Origin: Eledone cirrhosa
Lineage: Eukaryota
DNA length: 64,000 bases
Direction of reading: 5' to 3'
Assembly: GCA_964016885.1 (NCBI GenBank)
Contig: OZ024746.1
Span: 5,766,001 to 5,830,000 of the forward strand
Positions 11,666 to 23,825 of this stretch are shown in pieces. The translations under genes and the position numbers were made by a program. Within the stretch, counting starts at the first letter, position 1, and every line of letters starts with the position of its first letter. The notes beneath the pieces are model-generated. The model did no database searches, was not told the DNA's origin, and saw nothing but the letters and a program-made list of their open reading frames with translations.

Positions 11666-14600
11666 TTGGCGACGGCCATAGTAAAACATCACTGATATGA
11701 AGTATAACTGTGGTGGGCGACGGCCGTAGTAAAACATCATTGATATGAAGTATAACTGTGGAGGGTGACGGCCGTAGTAAAACCTCATTGATATAAAGTA
11801 TGATTGGGGAGGGTGGCGGCCGTAGTAAAACATCACTGATATAAAGTATGATTGGGGAGGGTGACGGCCGTAGTAAAACATCATTGATATGAAGTATAAC
11901 TGTGGAGGGTGACGGCCGTAGTAAAACCTCATTGATATAAAGTATGATTGGGGAGGGTGACGGCCGTAGTAAAACATCACTGATATAAAGTATGATTGGG
12001 GAGGGTGACGGCCGTAGTAAAACATCATTGATATGAAGTATAACTGTGGAGGGTGACGGCCGTAGTAAAACCTCATTGATATAAAGTATGATTGGGGAGG
12101 GTGACGGCCGTAGTAAAACCTCATTGATATAAAGTATGATTGGGGAGGGTGACGGCCGTAGTAAAACATCACTGATATAAAGTATGATTGGGGAGGGTGA
12201 CGGCCGTAGTAAAACCTCATTGATATAAAGTATGATTGTGGAGGGTGACGGCCGTAGTAGAACCTCATTGATATAAAGTATGATTGGGGAGGGTGACGGC
12301 CGTAGTAAAACATAACTGATATAAAGTATGATTGGGGAGGGTGACGGCCGTAGTAAAACCTCATTGATATAAAGTATGATTGTGGAGGGTGACGGCCGTA
12401 GTAAAACTTCATTGATATAAAGTATGATTGGGGAGGGTGACGGCCGTAGTAAAACTTCATTGATATAAAGTATAACTGTGGTGGGCGACGGCCGTAGTAA
12501 AACTTCATTGATATAAAATATGATTGGGGAGGGTGATGGTCGTAGTAAAACCTCATTGATATAAAGTATGATTGGGGAGGGTGATGGTCGTAGTAAAACA
12601 TCATTGATATAAAGTATGATTGGGGAGGGTGACGGCCGTAGTAAAACTTCATTGATATAAAGTATGATTGGGGAGGGTGATGGTCGTAGTAAAACATCAT
12701 TGATATAAAGTATGATTGGGGAGGGTGACGGCCGTAGTAAAACTTCATTGATATAAAGTATGATTGGGGAGGGTGATGGTCGTAGTAAAACATCATTGAT
12801 ATAAAGTATGATTGGGGTGGGTGACGGCCGTAGTAAAACCTCATTGATATAAAGTATGATTGGGGAAGGTGACGGCCGTAGTAAAACCTCATTGATATAA
12901 AGTATGATTGGGGAGGGTGACGGCCGTAGTGAAACTTCATTGATATAAAGTATGATTGTGGAGGGTGACGGCCGTAGTAAAACCTCATTGATATAAAGTA
13001 TGATTGGGGAGGGTGACGGCCGTAGTGAAACTTCATTGATATAAAGTATGATTGGGGAGGGTGACAGCCGTAGTAAAACTTCATTGATATAAAGTATGAT
13101 TGGGGAGGGTGACGGCCGTAGTAAAACCTCATTGATATAAAGTATGATTGGGGAGGGTGACAGCCGTAGTAAAACATCATTGATATAAAGTATGATTGGG
13201 GAGGGTGACGGTCGTAGTAAAACATCATTGATATAAAGTATGATTGGGGAGGGTGACGGCCGTAATAAAACCTCATTGATATAAAGTATGATTGGGGAGG
13301 GTGACGGTCGTAGTAAACCATCATTGATATAAAGTATGATTGGGGAGGGTGACGGCCGTAGTAAAACCTCATTGATATAAAGTATGATTGGGGAGGGTGA
13401 CAGCCGTAGTAAAACCTCATTGATATAAAGTATGATTGGGGAGGGTGACGGCCGTAGTAAAACTTCATTGATATAAAGTATGATTGGGGAGGGTGACGGC
13501 CGTAGTAAAACTTCATTGATATAAAGTATGATTGGGGAGGGTGACGGCCGTAGTAAAACTTCACTGATATAAAGTATAACTGTGGTGGGTGACGGCCGTA
13601 GTAAAACCTCATTGATATAAAGTATGATTGGGGAGGGTGACGGTCGTAGTAAAACATCATTGATATAAAGTATGATTGGGGAGGGTGACGGCCGTAGTAA
13701 AACCTCATTGATATAAAGTATGATTGGGGAGGGTGACGGTCGTAGTAAAACATCATTGATATAAAGTATGATTGGGGAGGGTGACGGTCGTAGTAAAACA
13801 TCATTGATATAAAGTATGATTGGGGAGGGTGACGGCCGTAGTAAAACCTCATTGATATAAAGTATGATTGGGGAGGGTGACGGCCGTAGTAAAACCTCAT
13901 TGATATAAAGTATGATTGGGGTGGGTGACGGTCGTAGTAAAACCTCATTGATATAAAGTATGATTGGGGAGGGTGACGGCCGTGATATAAAGTATGATTG
14001 GGGAGGGTGACGGCCGTAGTAAAACCTCATTGATATAAAGTATGATTGGGGTGGGTGACGGCCGTAGTAAAACCTCATTGATATAAAGTATGATTGGGGA
14101 GGGTGACGGCCGTGATATAAAGTATGATTGGGGAGGGTGACGGCCGTAGTAAAACATCATTGATATAAAGTATGATTGGGGTGGGTGACGGCCGTAGTAA
14201 AACATCATTGATATAAAGTATGATTGGGGAGGGTGACGGCCGTGATATAAAGTATGATTGGGGAGGGTGACGGCCGTAGTAAAACCTCATTGATATAAAG
14301 TATGATTGGGGAGGGTGACGGCCATAGTAAAACATCATTGATATAAAGTATGATTGGGGAGGGTGACGGCCGTGATATAAAGTATGATTGGGGAGGGTGA
14401 CGGCCGTAGTAAAACCTCATTGATATAAGGTATGATTGGGGAGGGTGACGGCCATAGTAAAACCTCATTGATATAAAGTATGATTGGGGAGGGTGACGGC
14501 CGTAGTAAAACCTCATTGATATAAAGTATGATTGGGGAGGGTGACGGCCGTAGTAAAACCTCATTGATATAAAGTATGATTGGGGAGGGTGATGGTCGTA

Positions 14601-14817
14601 GTAAAACCTCATTGATATAAAGTATGATTGGGGAGGGTGACGGCCGTAGTAAAACCTCATTGATATAAAGTATAATTGAGGAGGGTGACGGCCGTAGTAA
14701 AACCTCATTGATATAAAGTATGATTGGGGAGGGTGACGGCCGTAGTAAAACCTCATTGATATAAAGTATGATTGGGGAGGGTGACGGCCATAGTAAAACT
14801 TCATTGATATAAAGTAC
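11666..14817. repeat. Satellite, 48-bp unit, ~65 copies
   Basis: GGCCGTAGTAAAACCTCATTGATATAAAGTATGATTGGGGAGGGTGAC; 16-aa period in the ORF track. Confidence 0.97.
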
Positions 14818-15614
14818 GAATGTGGACACATTAATCTCAAGGGCAGATGACATAATATTCTTCTGTTTCGACTTTCTTCCAATTTACTGATTTACCAAAT
14901 ACCTCCGAGCAATATATAAAGAACACACATTCCAGACATTTCTTCCCTTAATCCTTCCTGTATGGATTTAAGTTAAGTGTGTTTAATATATTGCTTTAAA
15001 TTGGATATTCACAGCAATGCTCATCGAATATCGATATTGGAAATTATAAGGACAATAGAAGATAGAAAAAAAATCAAAGTTCAGAGAAGAAAATGTGAAG
15101 AGACGAGAGAGGAAACGCAATAACATTGATACAACATTGACCTTTTGTTACAATAGCCATGATATATTTCAACATCTATGTGATATTCAATGTATGCTAT
15201 ACAATCACATATATTTATAGTAATCTTCATTTGTCAGAATAGTTGAGAGATAAACCTTGGTATTTATGACTGGTCCATGTACTAAATAAAGCTTGAAATC
15301 GAATTCAGTATATTTTTGTCTATTTGCTCTTCACAAATATAATTGTTATATATAGTTATATATCTTTGATTAATTTATTATTAATTTAATTCTTTCATTC
15401 ATCGAGCAAATCTGGTAAAGGAGGGACACCACAAATATATGGGTTTATATTTATGCAGTGGCGGTGGAAGCATTTCTGAAATGGGGGTCCAAATTTGGAT
15501 AATTAGGTCGTAGTGATTAGTTTAGCTCTTTGCACTCTAAAATGGCCAGAAAAGTTCAAACTACACTGTGTATATATAATTAAAAAAGAATTATGCTCTG
15601 TGCCCTTTCCTTAG

Positions 15615-15644
15615 GGATTAATATATCGACCTTCTTTGCATGTG
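15615..15644 (+). CDS. Candidate 30-bp micro-exon
   Basis: ccctttccttag acceptor and gtaaga donor; phase 1-1 reading INISTFFAC. Confidence 0.25.
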
Positions 15645-15681
15645 GTAAGAAACTGGTGTTATACCCAATTCATTCATCTCC

Positions 15682-15723
<42 letters not shown>

Positions 15724-15727
15724 TATA

Positions 15728-15896
15728 TAGGAAAAGTATGACCCCGACGGCTATTTCTGGACTCAGAAATAGCCGTCGAAACGGCTTGAGCTCTGCCGTC
15801 GGGGTCATACTTTTTCCTATTTCCCACTCTTCTACCCTAACTATTGATTACTCTGGTGCGTTATGGTCCATCTGGTTCCTTACCACAATTCCTTTG

Positions 15897-15898
<2 letters not shown>
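15728..15898 (+). mobile_element. Family A fold-back element, copy 3
   Basis: Partly deleted left arm, axis ~15760, GAAACGGCttgagctctGCCGTC, family A tail. Confidence 0.78.
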
Positions 15899-15927
<29 letters not shown>

Positions 15928-15931
<4 letters not shown>

Positions 15932-16620
15932 AAATGCATATATTGAGTTAGGAACTCAAAATAGTCTCTTACAACAAAATAGCTCTAAGAAAGAGATATT
16001 TCTGAGCCGTATATTATAATAGAAAATAAAAGAAAAACTAACAGACATATACATATATGTGTTCAAATGGTAAGGGACCTGATTCGCTAAGGTCAAATGA
16101 ATACTAACTATAGACAATTGGGTTTGCTTGTCTCAATTTAAGAAAAAATTAAGAAAATAAATACAATGAGTTCCTAACTCGATATATGCATTTAATATAT
16201 TCGGCCCCGTTAATTTGTTGAGCTATTTCAAATGTCGAGTAAATCTGGCTGCTATTTTTAGTGGTGTGGGTTTGTGAGACTCGCTAGGATGCCTTGTGTG
16301 TTGTTTTAATTTTATATATAGCATACATAGATGTGTCTAGGATACTAATTTATCACCCACTGATGAGCTTGGATAAGTATTTCTATTTACAATTAACTTT
16401 GCGAAACACCAAGTTGTCTGGGTAATTGGTAGTTACCACAATTCCGGTTAGTATTTATTTTCTTGATTTTTTTTAAATTGAGACAAGCGAACCCAATTGT
16501 CTATAGTTAGTATTCATTTGACCTTAGCGAATCAGGTCCCTTACGATTTGAACATATATACGGATATGTCTGTGTTCGCTTTTCTTTTATATTCTATTAT
16601 AATATTATGAGTTGGTAGAT
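15928..16620 (+). mobile_element. Family H hammerhead element with interleaved inverted repeats
   Basis: 15928-15958 inverted vs 16167-16197; 16010-16164 inverted vs 16452-16605; flanked by (TA)n. Confidence 0.72.
16355..16423 (+). ncRNA. Type I hammerhead ribozyme (family H)
   Basis: ACCCA-CTGATGA-GC...GC-GAAA-CA-ccaagt-TG-TC-TGGGT: all core nucleotides present, GUC triplet, short helix II base with long loop. Confidence 0.8.
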
Positions 16621-16778
16621 CTATATATATATATAAATGGAATAGAATGAAACGAAATTTCATTTCTCACTCTTAGTACGGCACTTACTTAAATGTAAGT
16701 ATGTATGTATACGTACATATATGTATGTACGTATACATACATACATACATACTTACATATATATATATATATATATAT

Positions 16779-16846
16779 TTGTTAAAATAACAGATTAAAG
16801 TTTAAGCAAATAATCGCTGCTTTCACCCTTAACGGGATCTTCTAGA
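16779..16846 (-). mobile_element. Family D hammerhead-bearing end, truncated
   Basis: Reverse complement AGAAGATCCCGTTAAGGGTGAAAGCA...TGCTTAAACT; matches 22838, 41836 and 60238. Confidence 0.7.
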
Positions 16847-16857
16847 TATATATATAG

Positions 16858-16987
16858 GAGATGATGATTTCCACCGAATGAAACAGTTCTAGTCCTGTAG
16901 AAGGCTTTCTATATTAAATATGTATACTCTGCTATGCATTGAGTACCTTACTTACTGTGGTTACCCCCGATTGAACCCGGGATAAAC

Positions 16988-16990
<3 letters not shown>
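16858..16990 (+). mobile_element. Family B copy, 5'-truncated at the hammerhead core
   Basis: aTGATGA...GAAACAGttctagtcCTGTAgaa plus family B tail. Confidence 0.75.
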
Positions 16991-17038
<48 letters not shown>

Positions 17039-17041
<3 letters not shown>

Positions 17042-17249
17042 ATAAACAATACAATATAATTACCTCATTACCAGAGATTTCCCGAATAAGACGAATGAGG
17101 ACGTTTTTCGTATTCGTCTTATTCGGGAAACCTCTGGTAATGAGGTAATTATATTGTATTGTTTATTATACATTAAATTTAGCTCTGGTACCTACATAGA
17201 GCACTCTTCACTCCTATGACTTTTTCAATTTTCAACGGAAACTTCAATA

Positions 17250-17252
<3 letters not shown>
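17039..17252 (+). mobile_element. Family E fold-back element with half hammerhead
   Basis: Palindrome 17039-17170 centred ~17103; GAAA-CC-tct-GG-TA-ATGAGG at 17127-17145; ~80-bp tail; in (TA)n. Confidence 0.72.
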
Positions 17253-17280
<28 letters not shown>

Positions 17281-17287
<7 letters not shown>

Positions 17288-17852
17288 GAGAAGAAAGAAG
17301 AATACTGCGTGGTTGCACATGGGTTACATATGATAAAATTAGTCCTTCGTCAGTGATTTGCCAACCATCATTGATATTTCATCGCATTAAAAATCATATA
17401 CCTCAGGTTGGTGCGAGCAATAACTAAAAAAATCTATTGGGACAAGTAAATCGCGTAAAGCGAGTGAGACAAGTAAACAACATAGAAGGATGAAAGCAAC
17501 GCAAAGATGGGAATAGACAAGCAACATGGTTATCCGGTCAGCATAAGCTGGGTGGATTTCATTAGCGATCAAGATACAGACCGTCCGACGTGAGTGAGAT
17601 GTGAGCAAGAAAAGAACCCACTACTAGCCAAACGGGAGGAAGTGAGAAGGAGAGAAACAGAGAGTGAGTGAGTCGAAGTGCGAGGAAGAGGTCAGTCGAG
17701 AGAAAGTGTAACTGACAGAGGGGGCGAAAGAAGGTGAGAGAAACAGAGAGAACGGGGAAGCAGTAAGAGAGAAACAGACAAACGCAGCCGAGGTAAATAT
17801 ATATAAAAAACATGAGAAGAAAGAAGGATACTGCGTGGTTGCACATGGGTTA
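17281..17852 (-). mobile_element. Family G element with 46-bp terminal direct repeat (pseudo-LTR-like)
   Basis: 17281-17326 repeated at 17807-17852; homologue at 34370-34858; CTGACGA/CTGATGA box near the 3' end. Confidence 0.7.
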
Positions 17853-17920
17853 TATATATATATATATATATATACATACATAGATATATACATACATAGA
17901 TATATATACATTAATTTATT

Positions 17921-18100
17921 ATGGCTCTTTGTTACTCTAAAATTTCACCTGCGCAGTCACAGGATCACCAGTCCTGTATGGTGAGTACGCAGGTGAAACT
18001 CCAGAGTAACAAGGCTCAGATTTTTTCCACCCCCACTACCTTGGTTTTTATTTGACCCGCACCCGCTTATTAAATTTTGCTAATCTATCTCCGGCGAAAT
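17921..18100 (+). mobile_element. Family F fold-back element with half hammerhead
   Basis: Arms 17929-17953 / 17988-18012; GAAA-CTC-ca-GAG-TA-ACAAGG at 17995-18014; 3' end uncertain. Confidence 0.6.
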
Positions 18101-18892
18101 TTTATTGTAAGGGATTCATATTGATACAGCAGCTGGAGAATCTAATAATACTTTTATTTTATATCAAAAAACATTATATATGACAAAAGAGGAAATTACA
18201 AGAAATCCCATATTTACAAACGTACACTATACAATTATTGATCCCCCTCCCCTTTATTTCCACGCCTCCTATTATATGGGACCCGAGAGTGAACCAAACT
18301 CTCCCCCTCTCTATATCTACTACATGGAACTCTCTTCAAATTTCTCTAAATAAATTACCACTAAACTCTCCCCCTCTCTATATTTAATATACAACACACT
18401 CTCCCAACCCTCCTCTCTATATCAATTACCGCTCAACTCTCCCCCTCCCTATATCTATATATCTCTCCAATCTGTCTCTACATAACATGTACATAAATTA
18501 TAGCACATATACAAATAGATGTTTTCTTTTGGTAGTTTGGGGAGAGAAACATAATTATTGGGGGGCATGGCCTTCCTAGCCCGCCCAGTTCCACCGCCCC
18601 TCTTATATATCGATATGTAGGTATATATCTTATTTTGTCCCAACTCCATTTTAGGTTGAGTAAAAATAGGCTGAAGTCTCAAGTTTCTTATTTTTCTCTT
18701 TTCTTCCCTTGTTTGTACTCACTTTCATCTCTCTCTTCTCTCATCCAGTTGTCCCAGGGAGGTAGTGTTTGTACTTAGTGAGGTGTTTAGAACCCTGTGT
18801 TCGTTAAGTTATGTCCCAAACACGCGTGTGTGTATACTCTTCGTATTTCTTTCCGTGAGCATTACATCGTGTGCACTTCTAAATCAACCTTC

Positions 18893-18930
<38 letters not shown>

Positions 18931-19517
18931 CTGTGTGTGATTGGGAAGTATGTCTGTGTGTCTGCGTCCTTGTCTGTATCTATTTCATTGTATGTGTATG
19001 TGTGTGCTTGTGTGTGTGGCTATGCGTGTTGGTTTGTTTGTGTTTATGTCTCGTAATTTGTGGTTCGTCATTGAAAATCGATAATATAAGTGCAAGGCTT
19101 GCAGAAAATGTTCTTGGGTTGATGTGATTGACTAAATCCATTTAGGTCGGTACCCTAGAATGGTCGTAGTCAAAAGATTGAAACCAGTATAAGAACAACA
19201 TCATTTAGAACAGGACTTGGTTCGTTCTTTTGAATTTTCAGAATATATTAAAACTTTTCGTACCTTTTTCAAGGGTTCTAGTCGATTATATCGACTAAAG
19301 CATTTTCTCTGGCATTTATTTCATCGATCCTATATGAAAGGTTAGATAACCCTGACAGAACAAATATCGTGTTGAAGCTTTTCTACATATCGATGTATGT
19401 ACATTGTAGGCTAATACATATAACTCTTTGATTTTATTAGAATTTTATGCATATTTCCTCATCAAGCTATCATTTCCGTAGTAATGATCAAATAGTATTA
19501 AATGGTTATATTCACAG

Positions 19518-19584
19518 ATTTGTCATCTTATGAGCAATTCTCAAGTCTGAATTACATTCCTCGAGGCACGTTTCTCGGAGAGAT
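19518..19584 (+). CDS. Candidate internal exon
   Basis: ttcacag / gtatgt boundaries; (D)LSSYEQFSSLNYIPRGTFLGE; phase 1-2. Confidence 0.3.
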
Positions 19585-20043
19585 GTATGTACACTGCCTT
19601 ATATGTTATATCGTAAGACTTTCTCTTGGATTGTGTACATATGTTTTGTGTGTTTCTGTGTATTGCAGTTGTGTACGGGTGAATTAGTGCATGTGTGTCA
19701 CACAATGTCCAGCTGACTAGTTTTCCCTGCCTTTATCGATCACACTTTCACGGGTCGATAATGTCATTACTACTAAGTAAATAATAACTAATCTATCCAC
19801 TACATACCTTCCAATAATATTTCTCCTTTATGAAAGATGAAGATGAAATGAGGGTTAGGGAAGGTGGGTAGACTGTTGTAACCGAATTAAAAAAGAGTGT
19901 GTAATAGGAAATAAAAGCAAAATAGAGCTCTGTCAGGATTCCTTAAATAATAGGTTTGACAGTAATAAAATGTCTGTTATACTTATGAGAAATATACTAA
20001 GGTATTTACAATTGCACCAATTACAAAAGTGGTGTTAGGTTTA

Positions 20044-20272
20044 TTAACCCTTTAGCATTTATATTAATCTATATTTACTATTGTATTTTCCCGGTAAAGG
20101 TTTTATCTTACATAACTATCTTACATAATATTGAATCTATGAGATGTTGATATTATTTATTTTGAGAACAATACCTTAATATCAGTATGAGTGGCCAGTT
20201 ACGGCCAGTTTGAACAGAAAGAGGTGAGAGATTTCTGGCCAGATATGGCCGGTTTAAATGATAAAGGGTTAA
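20044..20272. mobile_element. piggyBac-like MITE
   Basis: TTAA-CCCTTTAGCATTTA ... TAAATGATAAAGGG-TTAA: TTAA duplication with CCC/GGG ends. Confidence 0.75.
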
Positions 20273-21747
20273 ATGTCATAATGTTTTCAATTAAGAAATT
20301 AAGTCGGTATAATTCCTTAGTATTACAAAATATTATCATCTTGGTACACTATTATTATTAAGTTTATTATTTGCTATCTTGTTCATAGTGATGTTGTGGT
20401 TTTCATTGTTGCTAATCTATTTTTTAAATCTTTAATTTCTGAATTAGGTAGAACTAAAACGAACCTTTTCAAATTAATTTTAAAGAGCCTAAGTAGTTTC
20501 TTGTTAGATGCAAATATGTGATTCTTCACATCAAATCTCGAATTTTCCAAACATTTGATTGAGTTTTCTGTACATTTTAGATTTTTTTTCTCTTGAACGA
20601 ATGTTTCAAATATTCTCAGACAGACAGTTTTAGTTCTCGTATCATATTTCATTCGTTCCACTAATGTCTTATATCCATCAAATTACCAGATCAAAGTCAG
20701 TTCAAAATCCAAATAACGAAAGTAATTATTTTTTACTGTTGGATTCGGTTGCTTTATTTCGTAAATCAAAACATGAATATATAACAAAGACATAATAAAA
20801 ATGTAAACATAATTTAATACAAAGCATGTTTCGACTTTATGTTTCTCCAAACACAATGCTAATCGATACATCTTTCTGTGTGCTGCACAAATTGAAATGG
20901 ACAGCATCTTATGAAGCAAAACTTAGTACTATAGTGCTATATGCTTCTATGTTTTTTGAAGCATCCTTCACTATATAGATTGTAGGTAGACAAATTAGAT
21001 ATATTTCTCGAATGTACTCTGTTCAATATTAATTTATCATAGAGTTTGTATCATGCACAGATTTACGTTTACGCCGTAGCACTGTAGGTGAGGGGTACGT
21101 GAAACATTGTCTGGGGTGAAAATTTAGGTCAAATGTTTCGACTTTCCTTTTGATTTTATTCAGTGTTGTTTTCCTATACTGTTTATGTATAATCACATAT
21201 TTTGTTTTGAAAGAACAGGTTAACTACTTTTAACCTAATTAAGTTTTATAATTAATAATTTCTGAATCGGAAGATTCTTTCAATGAAATAACCATCTAAC
21301 TCTTTCTATAAATAGGAATAATTTTCTCAGAAAAATATGACTTACTGTGCTTTCTGATCTTTCTCATGTACGTGATTATTCGCAGTCTCAATTCACCTAC
21401 AAATCAGAACAAACCACTAGTTCCATGAGAACAATGTATAATGCAAGGAAAACCGTCTTACTAATACAAAAACAGAGCGCTGTTTATTACAGCTTCGAAA
21501 CAAAAAGTGGTTTTCTGATTGGTCTAAAATCATGTCGAATGTTCCACACGTTTTGAGGAGAAACCAAATGATATTAGGCGTTAAAACTCGGTCTTCCAAA
21601 CAATTACCCTATATATACTTTATACATGCAAAATATGCCGTTGTTTCAGGATCAAATTTACTATAGAAGTCTACAAAGGTTGATAAATGTTGTTACTGAT
21701 TACCTACAACGTCATTAGAAGTGAATTAATGAAACTCCATATTTGAA

Positions 21748-21868
21748 TAATTGTTTCTACGTTTGGCACAAGGCCAGCAATTATTCCAGTGTATTACTGG
21801 TACTTTATTTTATCGACCCCGTAAGGATGAAAGGCAAAATTAACCTCGGCGGGATTGAACTCAGACCA
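21748..21868 (-). mobile_element. Nin-SINE, short form, head truncated
   Basis: Tail, Nin core and B box on the minus strand. Confidence 0.85.
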
Positions 21869-21931
21869 TGAATGCTACACAATCGTAGACAACGGTTTAA
21901 TATGGTCTACAGTTCTTCCAAATTATCATTA

Positions 21932-22312
21932 TTTGGCAGTATCGGTAGAGGGTCTAACGCCATGCTTTGGAGCATAGAGTTACGGCTCTTTACAGTCTGG
22001 GTTCAAATCTCGCCGAGGTTACCTTTGCCTTTCATCCTTGCGGGGTCGATAAAATAAAACACCAGTAACTTACTGGGGTCGATTTAATCGACTTTCCCCT
22101 CCCCCAAATTACTGGCCTTGTGCCTATACTAGAAATCATTATTTGGCAGTATCGGTAGAGGGTCGGCCGCCATGATTTGCAGCATAGAGTTACGGCCTTT
22201 TATGATCTGATTTCAAATCCCGCCGACGTTAACTTTGCGGGGTCGATAAAATAAAGTACCTGTAATTCACTGGGATAATTGCTGGCCTTGCGCCCAAAGT
22301 AGAAGCAATTAT
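21932..22312 (+). mobile_element. Tandem pair of Nin-SINEs (long form 21932-22142, short form 22143-22312)
   Basis: Both begin TTTGGCAGTATCGGTAGAGGGTC. Confidence 0.88.
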
Positions 22313-22576
22313 TTACTATAGATGGGCATCTCCTCGGGACACACAATCTTTAAACAAATGAAAGTTATCGAATATAGTTTTAAAATGCAAGTGATATAAG
22401 CCAGGTTCTGTAATATGAGTATTTCAGTTGACTACAAACCGCCTTGTAAGGATTTTATGAGATATTCTTCTCTCCTTAGTGTTTTATTGTCATATATAGT
22501 CAGATATTCATTGTCACACACACTTATTTATGTATCTGTCTACTTAGGAAACCGAGAATCATTTGTTTTCCTAAAT

Positions 22577-22662
22577 CGAATATTAGTCTACGTTTTGTCG
22601 AATATTAGTCTATTAGTCTATATTGTCGAATATTAGTCTATATTGTCGAATATTAGTCTATG
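22577..22662. repeat. Minisatellite, ~20 bp x 4-5
   Basis: GTCGAATATTAGTCTATATT variants. Confidence 0.85.
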
Positions 22663-22837
22663 GTTTTGTCTTTGTGTGTAATTGTTTTTATCGTTCCACA
22701 TGATGACGTATTATCTTCGCTTTTTTCCGTTCATTCCCAGAGAACGTCTTCACGAACCAAAATATCGTCTTCCTGATTTCCTTCGGTTGCAACGTTTTTC
22801 GAAATATTTAATTCTGCGTTGACAGATCGATTTTTTT

Positions 22838-22888
22838 AGTTTCAGAAGATCCCGTTAAGGTTGAAAGCAGCGATTCTTTGCTTAAACT
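22838..22888 (+). ncRNA. Hammerhead-like motif (family D) with core variant CAGAAGA
   Basis: AGTTT-CAGAAGA-tcccgttaaggtt-GAAA-GCA-gcgattctt-TGC-TT-AAACT; helices I and III pair, core position 4 is A instead of U. Confidence 0.6.
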
Positions 22889-23066
22889 TTAATCTGTTCT
22901 TTTAATAAATAAATAAATATATATATATTTATATATATATATATATATATAATTATATATATATATATACGAGAACATTTAAATAAAAAGACAAATTCGC
23001 TTTTCAAACAATTGCAGTTCTTTTTCCGTGTATTTGTATGCTAGGTTTACAGAAATTCACACACGC

Positions 23067-23127
<61 letters not shown>

Positions 23128-23292
23128 GCTAGCTAGCTATCCATCTATATATATATTCTATCTACTGTGTTGTTTGTTTTGTTATATTTATTTCGGTTTA
23201 ACTTCTACATATATCTGTATATATGTATATATTTCTCTATTTATCTCTCTATCGTTAACTCTTTGGTGATATATATTCCTTTCTCATTCTTT

Positions 23293-23398
<106 letters not shown>

Positions 23399-23733
23399 CT
23401 GTATGTGTTTGTAAGTAACGAAAAAAGGAGTGGTGAAGTGAGATTGATAGCCATCTCGATAGCTAAGTGTAGGAGGTATCCCATATTTCAGATGTAAACC
23501 TGTATTTAAGAGGAAAGGTATTCTTTCATCATTTTATTTCTAAAGCTTACGTGGGATTAATGCTTTGTTCCTTGCAAATATTATTTACAATTTAATCATA
23601 CATCATGCCACTTTTTGTTATATAGCTATAATAATGAGAGGATAGATTTAATAGATTATACCCATCAGTACGCTGATACCATATTTATTACAGTGAGAAT
23701 GGAGGACATGAAATGTTTTTGTGATTATTTCAG

Positions 23734-23825
23734 TTATAAAAAGTTGTGTTCCGCGTCATACTGGGAGAAGGAGAAAACAACTGAGATCAGAATTCAATTA
23801 AAATTTAAGAGACATTTTGAAAAAA
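23734..23825 (+). CDS. Candidate internal exon
   Basis: ttatttcag / gtaaag boundaries; YKKLCSASYWEKEKTTEIRIQLKFKRHFEK, weakly resembling the pre-M1 strand of Cys-loop receptors. Confidence 0.2.

Noticed and set aside
11666-14817. CRISPR-like regular repeat
   Set aside because: No unique spacers, no cas genes, eukaryotic context
11535-14882. 847-aa and 769-aa ORFs and neighbours
   Set aside because: Translations of a 48-bp satellite that lacks stops; two frames are open at once and 34-bp units break the frame
20383-20919. Possible hAT transposase remnants
   Set aside because: No motif could be recognised with confidence
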